Shown: one piece after another, positions 27,360-41,267 of the stretch
How the letters are laid out: each line of letters opens with the position of its first letter
Numbering within the stretch: position 1 is the first letter of the stretch
Source: Octopus sinensis
Lineage: Eukaryota
Assembly: GCF_006345805.1 (NCBI RefSeq)
Contig: NC_043007.1
Location: 76,508,001-76,572,000 of the forward strand
Direction: 5' to 3'
DNA: 64,000 bases
Notes under the pieces: generated by a model
Database searches by the model: none
The model's input: the letters and a program-made list of their open reading frames with translations, nothing else
Told to the model about the DNA's origin: nothing
Translations under genes and position numbers: made by a program

Positions 27360-27530
27360 TTTAACGTTAGAGTAAAATACATCTACAAAAAATGCTCCGT
27401 GATCATTTTTGAAATGCCTTGCAACAAACAAAGTAGCTAGTTACTATAATATATATAATATATTATATATATATATATATATATATTATATATTATATTA
27501 TAATAATGTATATTATATATAATTATATAT

Positions 27531-27591
<61 letters not shown>

Positions 27592-27599
27592 TATATATA

Positions 27600-27641
<42 letters not shown>

Positions 27642-27764
27642 TATATATTATATATATATATTATATATATATTACCACATCTAACTTAATTGGGATGTGT
27701 TTGTTTTTGAGCGTCGTAAAACTGCAGTAATCCTCCTGAGAAAGTGATACGACACCACAAATTA

Positions 27765-27894
27765 TATCGGTTGACGAAATTTCGTCAGCACCGCCAGATG
27801 GCACTGTTGTATCATGTTATTCATGTAAATTGCGAATCATCAGCAACGGCCAGCCAAGCAACGAATTCCAGATCGAAAATCCGTCAAACCGATG
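27765..27894. mobile_element. Small MITE with short TIRs, TA-flanked
   Basis: ATCGGTTGACG ... CGTCAAACCGAT, with TA at 27763-27764 and 27895-27896. Confidence 0.55.
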
Positions 27895-28005
27895 TATATA
27901 TATATATATATATATAATATATATATATAATAATATATAATATATAATTATATATATTATATATATATATGTATATACTATAACATATATAGTACATATA
28001 TATAT

Positions 28006-28072
<67 letters not shown>

Positions 28073-28237
28073 CCATGTGTTTGTGTATATCTATGTATAT
28101 GTCCAGTATGTGGTGTGGTAGTGTTCGGTTACATCAGTTTACGAATGTGTATATGAGTGCATGTCTATGTATAGTGTCTATATGTAAAAAATGATAACGT
28201 GTCTATAATGGATATTTAATATATAATAGAATATATA

Positions 28238-28640
28238 GGCACAGGAGTGGCTGTGTGGTAATAGCTTGCTAACCAACCACATGGCTCCGGGTTCAGTCCA
28301 CTGCGTGGCATCTTGGGTAAGTGTATTCTGCTATAGCCCCGGGCTGACCAATGCCTTGTGAGTGGATTTGTAGACGGAAACTGAAAGAAGCCTGTCGTAT
28401 ATATGTATATATATATATATGTATGTGTGTTTTGTGTGTCTTGTTTGTCCCCCTAGCATTGCTTGACACCGATGCTGGTGTGTTTACGTCCCCGTTTCAC
28501 TCGCGGTTCGCAAAAGAGACCGATGAATAAGTACTGGGCTTACAAATATAAGTCCTAGGGTCGATTTGCTCGACTAAAGGCGGTGCTCCAGCATGACCCA
28601 GTCAAATGACTGAAACAATAAAAAGTAAAAGAGTAAAGAG
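28238..28640 (+). mobile_element. tRNA-derived SINE, family A (internal TA/TG microsatellite)
   Basis: Head GGCACAGGAGTGGCTGTGTGGTAA, B box GGTTCAGTCC, tail GACTGAAACAA...AAAAGAG. Partial copies near 3030, 9605, 10960, 11270, 13782, 16700, 17120, 52170 and 60750. Confidence 0.85.
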
Positions 28641-29297
28641 TATATACGCAAACATTCACTATTTGAGTATTTGCGCATGGATGTGGGTTCGCTTGCAAAT
28701 ATATCGTTTACAGATTACATCTGATTACGTAATTTATTTTAATATGTTTTTAATCTTTTAATTGAGGTTTTAGTAACTTAGGAATTTCACAAAAATAGTC
28801 TGAACTAATTCGACTGTATTTTACATATTCAGACTATTTTGTTTCAGAGAAGCTATGATTAAGCGAAAGCAGAATTTCTTTGCTAAACATTAGATTCATT
28901 AATTTAAACTATTTATTCTGCAGTTGTTTTTAACTTGTATAGAATAATATAATTATAACTTAATATCGAATTCATCAATAAGCAATAACATAGAATAATA
29001 GAGAACTCAGGATTGTGTGTGTGTTGCGTGTATAAATGTGCGTTTGTGTGCATAAATGTGTGTTTGTGTGCATAAATGTGTTTGTGTGCATGTGTATGTG
29101 TAAGTGTGCGTCAGGGTATAACTTCAAAATGTATCCAGTAGAGTGTCCTGGTACATGAATTCCTGGGTTTGGAAGCTGATAGAACCACCTCTTAGCCTCT
29201 CTTGTTCCGAGACCTACTCTGACCCGGATTAGTAGCACGTGCAAGGTCCCAGCTACTCAGCCGGAAGCATGTGCTTGGGAAGCAAACTTCTTACTGC

Positions 29298-29399
<102 letters not shown>

Positions 29400-29612
29400 T
29401 GTGTGTCTGTGTGTCTGTGTTGTGTGTGTATATATACATACATACACATACACACACATACATACACACATGTGTACAGACATATGTATGTGTGTATATA
29501 GGTATATATAAACATACGCACACATATATATAAACATGTATATATGGAGGTGGTGTACGTAAATGTCGAACGGTGAACTGAGTGCTCAACACCGCATTGG
29601 TGGATATATAAT

Positions 29613-29833
29613 TTCTTTATTTGTGAATTAAGGCTAGCATTGGTTTCGTGTTAAGGAAAGTAGGAAAATATCCTAGTGTCTTAACAATTTTTCAAGCCGA
29701 TCACATGGAGACAGTTGTTGAGTAGAACACCTTCCTTCATGTGATCGGCTTGAAAAAATTATTAAAACGCTAAGATATTTTCCTACTTTTCTTATCAAGA
29801 AATTAATGGTAGCCTTAATTCACAAATAAAGAA
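29613..29833. repeat. Fold-back inverted repeat, about 95-bp arms, about 28-nt spacer, TA-embedded
   Basis: TTCTTTATTTGTGAATTAAGGCTA...TTCAAGCCGATCACATG is mirrored with scattered substitutions. Confidence 0.85.
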
Positions 29834-29835
29834 TA

Positions 29836-29869
<34 letters not shown>

Positions 29870-31058
29870 CTAGCTGAAGGTGACCCGCTCTACGCGCAGG
29901 TAAGAGTGTGGTTATTACTTTCTGTTGCTTCCTTTCAGCACGTAAAAAGCACCATCCGAACGTAGCGGATTGCAGCGCCGCCTTGACTGGCTTCTGTGCT
30001 GGTAGCACGTAAAAAGCACCAACCGATCGTGGCGGCTGCCAGCCCCCCTGGCACCTGTGCCGGCGGCACGAAAAAAGCACCCACTACGCTCACAGAGTGG
30101 TTGGCGTTAGGAAGGGCATCCACCTGTAGAAACACTGCCAGATCAGACTGGAGCCTGGTGCAGCCTCCTGGCTTCCCCTATCAAACTGTCCAACCCGTGC
30201 TAGCACGGAAAACGGACGTTAAACGATGATGATGATGATGATGATGATTCTCCCTCCTTTCTCTCTCACTTTCCCACTCTGTTACTCTTCCTTTCTCTCG
30301 GACTCTCCCTCGCTTTCTCTTACTCTCTATCTTTATCTATCTCTCTCCCATTTATAAACAACAAAAGATCTTGATTAATTTGTGAAATAAAATATTTAGA
30401 AAGATCAATCATAAATATCAGGCAGTAACAACGAAAGGTCTGCTTCAAGGCAGACAGCAAAGCACTAACATTTAAAAGGGACAGACGAACTTGCGAGCTG
30501 AATAAAAATAATAAAATATTGGAAACCAAAGTTTGAAGGGATAGAATTTGAGGATAGTAGAGTCACCATGGCTGGCATTTCTTAACGACGGACAGCAACG
30601 TATTGACAGTTTAACGGCTGGCGTAAAATTTTGAACTTGATGTAAAAGAAAATCCCTAAACACCAAGTTTTGAATTGATTCTTTCTCACGACAGTAGACT
30701 CACCATGACAAGCATTGAAAACTTCTTCATCATGGACGGCAACACATTGACGATTAAAAGGCTGGCGCAAATTTTTTAGCTTGATGTAACAGAGAATTGC
30801 TAAACACCCGCTCCTTTAAATTTGAATCCCCTTCAAGCCCCGTTTAGACCCCTTTTCACATTTTGGTTAATATAACCCGATTTCATTCGGGTCTACTGGG
30901 GCCACATTTTATAAGATGAGGAATTTTGTCCTAGAGGTCACGCCTTTCATTTGAGGAAAAAAATAGTTGTCATGCAAACTTGCCAGCACTTTTAACATAG
31001 GTGTGCATATTTTCAGCTCAACCGACCACATAATGCACACATTATATATATATATATG

Positions 31059-31093
<35 letters not shown>

Positions 31094-31831
31094 TGGAGTC
31101 TCTCAAACGTGAGCGTTGACGCTGAATTCGACTGGTAAGCAGGTAGCCTTGTCTTTGTTGAAATAGTTGTGAGCTGTTGGAGTTATTTCTCTGACGGGTA
31201 ATAAGAATTTCCATATCCCCCGAGGAAACAAACTGTTGACCCAGACAATTAGAATTAATTTTAATAAAAGCATCAATTTAAGAAAAAATAATAAAGTAGT
31301 AAAAAATGAAAATTTAGCACGAAAATTTGCAGGGTTCTAAATAAATGTTAAAATGTAATAGATACGAAAAACCTATGTTATCACTATGTTCTGTTTGTAT
31401 TTGGTCGATCGGCGCGTTGACAGGTAGACAATAGAATGCGATGGCGATGGAATATTTGTTTCTCTCTATGAATGCAGACAGATACATGAGTAAAAGTTAT
31501 GGGAAGGTAAGAAATAGAGTGAGTGAAAATGTGCTGGTAAGAGAGGAAATAGCGAGAGTGAGTTGAGGAAGGCAGATACATTAAATAACGTGAGTGGACT
31601 TGTCAAAGTTATATATGAAGGGGAGTTAAAGGGGAATGGGGGAAATAGCGTGAGTGAGGAAGATGGCCCCTAGCAACCACACCTTTTAAGATAGGGGTTT
31701 CTAAGGTAGCCCACGGGCATCGTCACCTCATTTTACATGTCCCTGTAAATTTTGGAGTGAATCGGACGGGATGTAGTGGCATTGAAAGCGATCCAAGCGG
31801 TAAAAACGCATTTCTGTTTTATATATAGAGA
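29870..31831 (-). mobile_element. Candidate composite non-autonomous Helitron with later insertions
   Basis: 5' A|TCTCTATATATAAAAC at 31831; 3' GC hairpin plus CTAG|T at 29870. Contains a retroposon at 29934-30248 and a diverged 137-bp-period duplication (30557 and 30694). That the two ends belong to one element is inferred. Confidence 0.5.
29934..30248 (+). mobile_element. Retroposon 3' fragment with (GAT)n tail (RTE-type tail)
   Basis: GAGTGGTTGGCGTTAGGAAGGGCATCC core, ...GGACGTTAAAC then (GAT)n. Confidence 0.7.
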
Positions 31832-32372
31832 TGAAGAAAAAGAAGATAGGGTTTCGATAAAACTATTTATCTAGTGCTTGCTTGCAGGTATTCCTGAAAG
31901 GGACGAAATCTCTGTGAGGGACGAAAGTGCTGAATAGTTTCTTAGCCATATCCTGACTACCTTCTTTTTCTTAAAATATAAAATCTGTAAGATGAACTGG
32001 CAGAATCGTTAGCACGCTGGACAAAGTGGCTAGCGGTATTTTGTCCGTCTTTACGCTCTGACTTCAATTTCTGCTTAGGTCGACTTTGACTTTCATCCCT
32101 TTGGGGTCGATCAAATAAGCGCCAGTTGAGCACTAGGGTCGATGAAATTGACTCACTCCTTCTCCGAAATTGCTGGCCTTATGCGAAAATTTGATCCCAA
32201 TATATAAAATGTGTACACCAACTAAAACAATTTAGATATATATATATAATATATATATATATATGTATGTATGTATGTATGTATAAATTGACTGAGATGA
32301 AAAATGGGATTTGCCTCGTATATACTCGTGAATATATGAATGTATTTGTGCATGAGCGCATGTATTTGTATT

Positions 32373-32414
<42 letters not shown>

Positions 32415-32760
32415 CATTTATGTACGTTCTGGTATATTCTATTGACGAATGTAAAGTAATTTTTATATTACTAAACCAGAAATCGTTCGATCTAGAATTA
32501 ACCTTTAAAATTTTGCCAAATCTTTTTTATTCATTTACCTCGCTTTCAACCTGTACTAATAGAGTGTAAAAAATGATGTGGTTTTAGTGTCATTTGACAT
32601 CTATTTCTAACATATATATAAATATAATTATATATATATATTGATTCTTGCCTATGTGGTTTTTATTACATGCTGGCTACTGATAAGATCGTTATTTTTG
32701 TGATTTTATCCTTAATTGTGTATACACACACATACATACATACATACATACATACATACA

Positions 32761-32795
<35 letters not shown>

Positions 32796-32827
32796 GCATG
32801 TACTCGTATATAATGTATATATATATA

Positions 32828-33337
32828 TATATATATAAAACTGTAGTTGTGTGAGCGTCTGTCCCCTTCGATTTAGATTCCTAACTACTCCTACATTTTG
32901 CGGTGCAGTTTAACCAAATTCGAGTATCTTATAGTCGTGATTCATATCGAGCCCGTCTGAGTATTAGCGCGCGTCTACGATGAGTCTACGATTTTAAAAA
33001 TAATTTAACATCATTTTTTATTCCATTTTAATGCATAATTTTTCATGTGTCGATGGCGGCGGAGTTGGCGTCCATGGTCACACCTGCACCTGTTTGCTTC
33101 TCCCCCTTCTTCCCTCCCTCGTGAAGCTGTGGGGAAGGGAGTGTAAGGAAATCAACGTCGTAAAGCGTTGCCAAGGAGACCAGCGTTCTTTTAGAACAAC
33201 GACTTCATGGCTTGAAGACACCAAAACAGAAATGGCTAAGAAAGCCCGAATTGGCATCTATAAGGGAAGTAACTCTCTAAAAATACTTATATAGTTATTT
33301 CCCTTACAAACCAGAGCAACGCCGGGCGATACTGCTA

Positions 33338-33338
<1 letters not shown>
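32828..33338 (+). mobile_element. Non-autonomous Helitron-like element, copy 2 (inverted relative to copy 1)
   Basis: Near-identical to the reverse complement of 1337-1849; ends GCGATACTGCTAG|T. Confidence 0.8.
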
Positions 33339-33404
<66 letters not shown>

Positions 33405-34614
33405 TTTGCGTGCGTGTGTGTGTGTGAGTACAGTTAACAGAGAAACAGCTATAGCAATAGTCAAAGTAGTCCCACGTTTTGCTTAGCTGCCAGCTATTTC
33501 TTGTGAATTTCCCCAGAATAACACGTAATGCTTTATGTGATCGTGTGAGATCGTGTTAAACTTGACGGATAGAACTGGATACACCATGTTGTAGTTAAAA
33601 ATAGTAACTGTAGTAACTTTTTTTTTTTATTTATTTAGCATTTCCTGTGACATCTGTACTTATTAACCCTCAAGTCACTCCTGATTGAGCAGAGAGACTT
33701 ATAAACTGATATTTTCCAACTGTGATCACCGTGCCACTTTTCATATAAGATCAGCATTCGACATTTCTCTTTAGTCCAACCTCCCCATAATTGTACTCCT
33801 TATGAGCACCTATCCTAACCTTACGTTTTTCTTTGGTCTATAGATGTTTTGGCTGAACATTAACCACATCAATGTCACTAGTTTGGATGTATATACTTAC
33901 AAGGTTTATAGTCACTGCCTTTCCTCATTAGAATATCTTATAAACAAAAAGTCTGCCCTACTCCCCATATATATATGTAAGTATGTACATATAAACATAC
34001 ACATATACATACACACACACGTGTGTGTGTGTGTGTGTGTGTGCTTACGTGTTTCTCTTCTGCTTTTAATAATTTAAGTTCTTCCTCTGAAGGAACTGGT
34101 TTCTAACAAAAGTACAAAGCTTCATCACTGATTTGCAAATAACGAAAACAATGTCACATTTTAAGCCTGAGAAAAGTATTGCATAGTTTTACTGTTTCGC
34201 ATACAGATTGTATTTGCAATGTGCGAATCGGCTGATTTCTTTTTCTAAAAATCCTATGACTTTCAAAGAGATATCCACGTCAGCAGAACAGCTGACCTTT
34301 ATAGAGGTACATACTTTTTCTTGTCTGGCCCAGGCAACAATATCCGACCTGTTATGCTTACACTAGACAGGTGTTTTGATGGGAATGTTCCACCAGTATT
34401 CCTTGTGCTATATGGTTCTGTACGTATTCAATAACAGGGAAATTCTCTATATTTATTCCAGGACAGTATTTTTTCCGAATGACACTGTAGATCATTTTTG
34501 CAACGACATCATATAGTACCTTGATAGGATATTGTTCTTTTCCCTTTTCAGCACAAAGGCAATGTAGTATATGTATGAATGTATGTGTGTATGTATGTAT
34601 TATATATATATATG

Positions 34615-34669
<55 letters not shown>

Positions 34670-35733
34670 TATATATATATATATATATATATAGTATGTA
34701 TGTATGTATGTATGTATGTATGTATGTATGTATATATGTATGTATGTATGTATTTATGTATGTTTGTATGTATGTATGTTTGTATGTATATGTGTATCTA
34801 TATATGTATATACCCAAGCTTGTATTGAATGGTAGAAAGTTGAAAGGACAAAATAGGACATAACTAGAAGGAAATGTGGATAAACAGGATAGATTAGTGA
34901 AAATTTTCCAAAAGTTGAGGATAATTACTTTTGCAAGCATGTCCTATCTAGTTCCCAATTTTCACATATAAATCATCAAAGTGTTGTTGTTTAGCTTAAG
35001 GTTAACCCTGATCCAAAAGACCAATACTTAAATGTGTTGAATCTGTGTCATCCCGTCTTATTCTCAAACATAATACATTTAAGTATTTTTCATCGTCCAA
35101 CATGCCCTTCCTCTTTTTAAGATGGCAATGTATGATTAGAAGAGGATTTTACTGCTATTTCTTGCAAATCGACCAATCACGTAAAAGTTCCTCAGTAAAA
35201 GTTATGAGATGAACAAGTATAAACTTGAAAAAAATAAAATATATTTTTATTTTAGAAAGCTTAATATGAAAAAAATATGAACCAGGAAGAAATCCTTCAT
35301 TACATGTTCAAGCAAGAAGCATAATCATTGCTAGTTGGTTCAAGTGTCTCGAGACCAATGAACTACTGTTATATTAAAATGACTTAAAATATGGCTGAAA
35401 AGGGCGATCAATGATCAAACATTAATTACCCAATCAATTAAGACAATGATTCTTGTTTCATACTTCATTTGTTTTATGGTTATGGCTTCGCTGAATCAGT
35501 GGGGTGCTATTTTGATATTCCCCTTACGGGGCCATGAAAATTCAATCACATTACTTTATGTTGAAGATTTTACTTGCCATCTTTATCAAATCAATATAAT
35601 TAGAAGCAGTCAAGTACATAGGTTCATAAATTCGACAAAATTTTGTAGCTTTTTGACTTTGTTGGAAATCATTGGCGAACTGGCAGAATTCTTACTGCGC
35701 AGGACAAACTGCTCAGCGGTATTTCTTCCGGCT

Positions 35734-35970
35734 ATTTAAGGCGGCGAGCTGGCAGAAACGTTAGCACGCCAGGCGAAATGCGTAGCCGTATTTCGTCTGC
35801 CGTTACGTTCCGAGTTCAAATTCCGCCGAGGTCGACTTTGCCTTTCATCCTTTCGGGGTCGATTAAATAAGTACCAGTTACTCACTGGGGTCGATATAAT
35901 CGACTTAATCCGTTTGTCTGTCCTTGTTTGTCCCATCTGTGTTTAGCCCCTTGTGGGTAGTTAAGAAATA
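35734..35970 (+). mobile_element. Young family B SINE nested in an older family B copy
   Basis: 16-bp TSD GGTATTTCTTCCGGCT at 35718-35733 and 35971-35986. The flanks are the split halves of a degenerate copy. Confidence 0.88.
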
Positions 35971-36911
35971 GGTATTTCTTCCGGCTTTTTATTTTCTGGG
36001 TTCAAATGCCTCCGTATTCGACTTAGCCTTTCCTCCTTTAAAGGTCGATAATGTGAATACCTGCTAAGCACTGGGATCGATGTAATCGATTTCATTCTTC
36101 CCTCGAAATTGTTTGCCTTGTCCAAAATAAGAAAGAGTTATTCCTTAGTTTTGAAGGCGACCAACTCTCAATACTTCGGAACATGTATCCCTGTGTAAAC
36201 TTACGCTGATGTGGATATCAAGAACAAGTAAAACGTTGTAATAAAAATTTCCTTCGCCTCATGAAGAACCTGAAGTATTCAGAATAAAAATAGGATATAC
36301 GAAGGATGAAAATCATAATAATCACTAAAGTAATTTATATGAAATTTTGTGGTAAAAAAAATTAATTTATAATTCTATAAATCATACATTAAACGACTTC
36401 CACTTCCAAAATAATAGCTCATATAGAATGTTCACCAGAGGAAAATACTATGAAAATTTCAAGCATAGAGGTAAAGAGCTTAGGAAAGACAACTTAATGT
36501 ACAGATAGGGTAATTCATAGGACTGCGAAATGCATTCGGATATAACTATAATATTTTGCCTCTAGCTTTGCTGAAGAATTTACTGAAAGAAGCTCGAATA
36601 TCTCACTTTATATTTCACTTCCTGTTTCTCTCTCTTTCTTTTTCTGATGCACGTCCTTGGTCGCGGAAAGCCAAATGATTTGTATAAGACATGGTAATTC
36701 AATTATATTTCTTCTGGTAATAAAGATGTATAACTGTCAAATTTCAGTAGAGTGTCGGTAAAGCGTGAGACATTACAGCCAAAATGTCGATGGTTCGTAT
36801 CTTGTAACCAGCACTGCTCAGTATCAATATAGTGAAATAGTGAAAACATTTCACACACACACACACACACATATACTCTCTCTCTTTTTCTCTCACTCTC
36901 TCCTCTTTCTT

Positions 36912-36948
<37 letters not shown>

Positions 36949-37092
36949 ACTCGCCAGCTCTTTTATTATAAACATCAGAATCATTCTATAACAACTAGTA
37001 TTTCTCCAATATACAATACTACGTTCAAGACATGCTGACTTTTTAGATAGTCTTCGCAGTTATCAATTACCGAAAAATATTGATGCGTTCGT

Positions 37093-37135
<43 letters not shown>

Positions 37136-37682
37136 TGTGTGTGTGAATTTGATATAAGGGGTTATTTTTTAAAGTTGTGGGCCCCATGGAAAATCTATTG
37201 GTGGAGTTGGAACTGATTGCAATAAGGTCTCTCCCTCTCTTTCAGTCTCTTTCTTTCTGTATGCGCGTGTGCTTTAGCGTGTGCGTGGGAGGCGTCACAT
37301 TTGTAACAGTTATCATGATGTGGAAGTATTATAGTAAAATCAGTGAATTGATTGGTAAGAAAGGGAACTAGTTAAACGTTAGAGTAAAATAAAAGTACAT
37401 ACACTGGGTTATTTATTTGAGCTCGGCCCCACAATGTTATGAGTTCAAATTCCGCAAGCGTCGCCTATATGTTCGTATTTTGTAGGATCCTTCAAATACA
37501 AATTAGACAATAAGTGGAAGTAAATTAAATTTATTGTGTCCTCCCTCCATAATGTCTGGTCATTGTAGATGTCACTTCAATATTGGTTATTATAGTTAAT
37601 AATTATAGTTAATTACCTTCAGTAACCTGTATTTAAAGGTATCGGCTAAACAAAATAATTCTACTCTCTATGAGTTAAATTG

Positions 37683-37932
37683 TGGAGGCGCGTGGGTTAG
37701 TGGTTAAGGTGTCAGCATCATGATCGTAAGATTGCGGTTTCGATTCCTGGACCGGGCGACGCGTTGTGTTCTTGAGCAAAACACTTCATTACACGTTGCT
37801 CCAGTCCACTCAGCTGGCAAAAATGAGTAACGCTGCGATGGATTGGCATCCCTTCCAGCTTGGAAACACATATGCCATGGAAACCGGGCCCATGAGCCTG
37901 CTAGGCTTTAAAAAGGCACATTTATTTTATTT
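37683..37932 (+). mobile_element. tRNA-derived SINE, family C subtype 1
   Basis: Head GGAGGCGCGTGG, B box GTTTCGATTCC. 14-bp TSD TATGAGTTAAATTG at 37669-37682 and 37933-37946. Confidence 0.9.
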
Positions 37933-39642
37933 TATGAGTTAAATTGCACAATATACATACTGTTACATATACTTTTTATGTATGAACAGTTAAGCATATA
38001 ATGTACATTTCTATTCAGTATTTAGCTAGCTAAATCTGTCAGTATTTTAACAAAATACAGAGGTAGTGAAATTATAATAGGTAATTTTCTTTAGTGCTGA
38101 TGACAAGGGGACGGAAAACAAAGAGAGACAAAGTGACATACTGTCAATTATATTTGTAAACTTACGTTATTGAAATAGCATAAAATTTCAATAATTTCGC
38201 AGGAATAAGCTATACTATCAGCTGTCCACTATCTTTAACTCATTTTTATCGCTACCTTCCTCTAATCTGGGGAGGCTGAAGGTAGGTCCAAATACACCAA
38301 ACGTCATACATTAACTGTATTAAGAAATTGATTGTCAGAGTCACTAAAGCAAACGTCGAATAGATTGCTTTGCGATAGTCAATCCGGCTCTCTTCATTCT
38401 GATTCCAAATCTCGCTGAGATCAACCTTGTCTTTCATCATTTCAGAGTCGATAAATGTAATATCAGTTTTTCTACTTGAGCCAATTCTCTTTTTCTGTCT
38501 GTTTTTCTTTCTTCTGAAAAAGATCAGCTGTGGTCAGTCCTGGAGAAAGATGGACTCTCAAACTTAGAATTCAAAGTATACATTCTAAGAAACGACAAAT
38601 TGGTGACCATTTATTATGTAAAGTTTAGCGTCGTAAACAGGCAAGTAATGTAAAGTTGATGATTGTATTATTAAGTTGCAGTGCAGAACTTAAATCCCAA
38701 GTACAGTGCAAAAAGCAAAAGCTTCAGAGCACTGCACTAACTTACCAACGCCACGTTTATCCAAGTCTTCTTCTTATTGTGAGCCAAGGTAATTTTCCTC
38801 CACATGGTCACTCGACTTGCTACAAATAAGAACAAACCTCAATGATATTTTGTTGGAACACAGTTTGAGCAGGGCAAACCAACATCAGCGATATCAGAGC
38901 GAGCCTCTATATGGTCTCTCAAATTGCAAGGGGTAGTTGCCAACTGTACAATGGGCAATGTAGATGCACTACGTAGTACCTAATATACTCAGTCTGGTCA
39001 CAGCTAGAACGCTTTTGGTTGTAGGCTTATTACATTTACTCGATTGGAGTTAACTTGAAAGTAAGCAACAACAATTATAATATCAGTGACGCTTATTATT
39101 ATCGAACCATCTCTTCACATTAATAATGCATTAAGCCTCTACCCTTTAAATAGAATGTTAACTACTCTGCACACACATGCGCGTGCACATGAAAGTCCTC
39201 AGTAGCTGCAGGTTAAAAAATTATTTTCTAAAAACCTCGTATTTCATCAGACATCTGCTGCTGATATAAATACTGATTTGCTAAATATCAGTGAACGGCT
39301 CAGATTCAAATGACGATTTGAAACCGAGTAAAATTAGTCCATGGGGAATTTGGTAGTTATGGGTTGAGCCAAAATGTTATTTCCTCAACATCAATGATAA
39401 AGTAAAACTATTTAAACTTACTTTTTAAGCGTTTTTTATTATTACGTTTATGTTAAGGTGTACTTCGTGAACTGTAATGTTTGTAAAGGAACCTACAGTA
39501 AACCACATCTTTTCTAATGGGTTTTTTTACATATTTCCTCATCACGATCTGGTTGCATCCTATTTTACAGTTTAAATCATCAGCCAATTAACGTAGAGTT
39601 ATTAATTTCCGCGACCAATGACCGATTGCTATTTACTTAATT

Positions 39643-39700
<58 letters not shown>

Positions 39701-39839
39701 TCTCTCCCTCTCTCACACACTCTCTCTCTCTCTCTTTCTCTCTCTCTCTTTCTCTCTCTCTCTCTGTATCTATCTTTTCCCTTTCTCGCTCTCTCTCTCT
39801 CTCACACACACACACATACACAAACACTAAAAATGTTCT

Positions 39840-40240
39840 CACATATGAAAGTAAATGTCCAGTAGATTTTGGCTTTATGCAAGCCCTTCTGGTGGTCATT
39901 AGAGATGGTGTGAGATTTAAGGTGTTGGGCAAAATTGTTATCTATTGACGATTGCCTCCAAAACCTGTTGGATATTGAAAGTAAATGCTTTAAGGCGATA
40001 GTTGGCAGAGCCAGCAGTTTTAGGGAATGGAATAAACGTAAGCGTATTTCCAATAATCGATATATGACTCTTGAGCAAAGGAGAAACTGAAGAGTTTGGC
40101 GAATGTAGGTTCTCTGCGGTGCATTGTTTGCAAGTAATGGAAGGAAAATTGCCAGAACTGATGAACTCCTTTGATTCGATGACTGTAAGTTGATGTGTGG
40201 ATGATGGTGAGTTTGGTGAATTAAAAGAAATAGTTTTATA
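39840..40240 (-). mobile_element. Decayed LINE reverse transcriptase fragment (CR1/Jockey group)
   Basis: Frameshifted frames give AKLFSFSF...YWKYAYVYSIP, SANYRL...QVLEAIVN and HLKSHTISNDHQKGL, matching the N-terminal RT motifs WKxAxVxPIPK / NYRPISL / QxGF. Confidence 0.7.
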
Positions 40241-40467
40241 ATATATTTATCAAGTGTGTGAAATATAGATTGAACAAGCATTCTAGAGGTGTATAGGAGA
40301 TAAATATACTATTTTCTATCTGGAGACATATGCTAATCTTTATATCCACGCACACACAGATGTGTACCTATGAGTTTTTTATGCACTGTACATATGTAAG
40401 GAGGTGGAGAATATGTAGAAAAACCTTAACAATAACAAGAATTTGAAGAAAAATAATTAGAATTATA

Positions 40468-40638
40468 GGCGCTGGAGTGGCTGTGGCTGTGTGGTAAGTA
40501 GCTTACTTACCAACCACATGGTTCCGGGTTCAGTCCCATTGCGTGGCACCTTGAGCAAGTGTCTTCTACTATAGCCTCGGGCCGACCAAAGCCTTGTCAG
40601 TGGATTTGGCAGACGGAAACTGAAAGAAGCTCGCCCTA

Positions 40639-40693
<55 letters not shown>

Positions 40694-41250
40694 TCAATAT
40701 AGGGTGGCAAAAAAAATTTTGTAGAATTTTTTGCCACCAGCGGCCTAGTGGGAAAAAATTAAATAGTCAAAGACCATTTTTAAGTTCAACATCAACAATC
40801 AAGGAACGGCCATAATAGGCCATTCACCCACTAGAAATAACAGCCAACGCTTCAACCGCAAATAAAAATTAATTCCGTAAACCAGGAGAAAATTTTTTAA
40901 ATTTTCTCCTGGTTTACGGAATTAATTTTTATTTGCGGTTGAAGCGTTGGCTGTTATTTCTAGTGGGTGAATGGCCTATTATGGCCGTTCCTTGATTGTT
41001 GATATATATATATATATTATATATATATATATATAAATGTGCGTGTGTTTGTGTGTCTGTGTTTGCCCCAACCAACATTGCTTGACAACCGATGCTGGTG
41101 TCCCCGTAACTTAGTGGTTCGGCAAAAGAGACCGATAGAATAAGTACTAACCTTACAAAGAATAAGTCCTGGGGTCGATTTCCTCGACTAAAGGTGGTGC
41201 TCCAACATGGCCGCAGTCAAATGACTGAAACAAGTAAAAGAGTAAAAGAG
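40468..41250 (+). mobile_element. Family A SINE whose internal (TA)n carries a roughly 310-bp insertion
   Basis: Head at 40468-40640 and tail at 41040-41250. Foreign segment at about 40690-41003. Confidence 0.85.
40791..41003. repeat. Perfect 213-bp palindrome (105-bp arms, 3-nt TTT spacer)
   Basis: Arms 40791-40895 and 40899-41003 compared by eye; no mismatch found. Confidence 0.95.
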
Positions 41251-41267
41251 AATAATTTCTGCCGAAT

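Noticed and set aside
28790-28842. AAAATAGTCTGAA / TTCAGACTATTTT hairpin as a pre-miRNA
   Set aside because: The stem of about 14-16 bp is too short for a canonical precursor.
37683-37760. tRNA-like sequences at SINE heads
   Set aside because: They have A and B boxes but no complete cloverleaf, and they continue into SINE bodies with TSDs, so they are not tRNA genes.
38098-38120. CTGATGA...GAAA spacing
   Set aside because: The intervening sequence cannot form stem II and no stem I is present.
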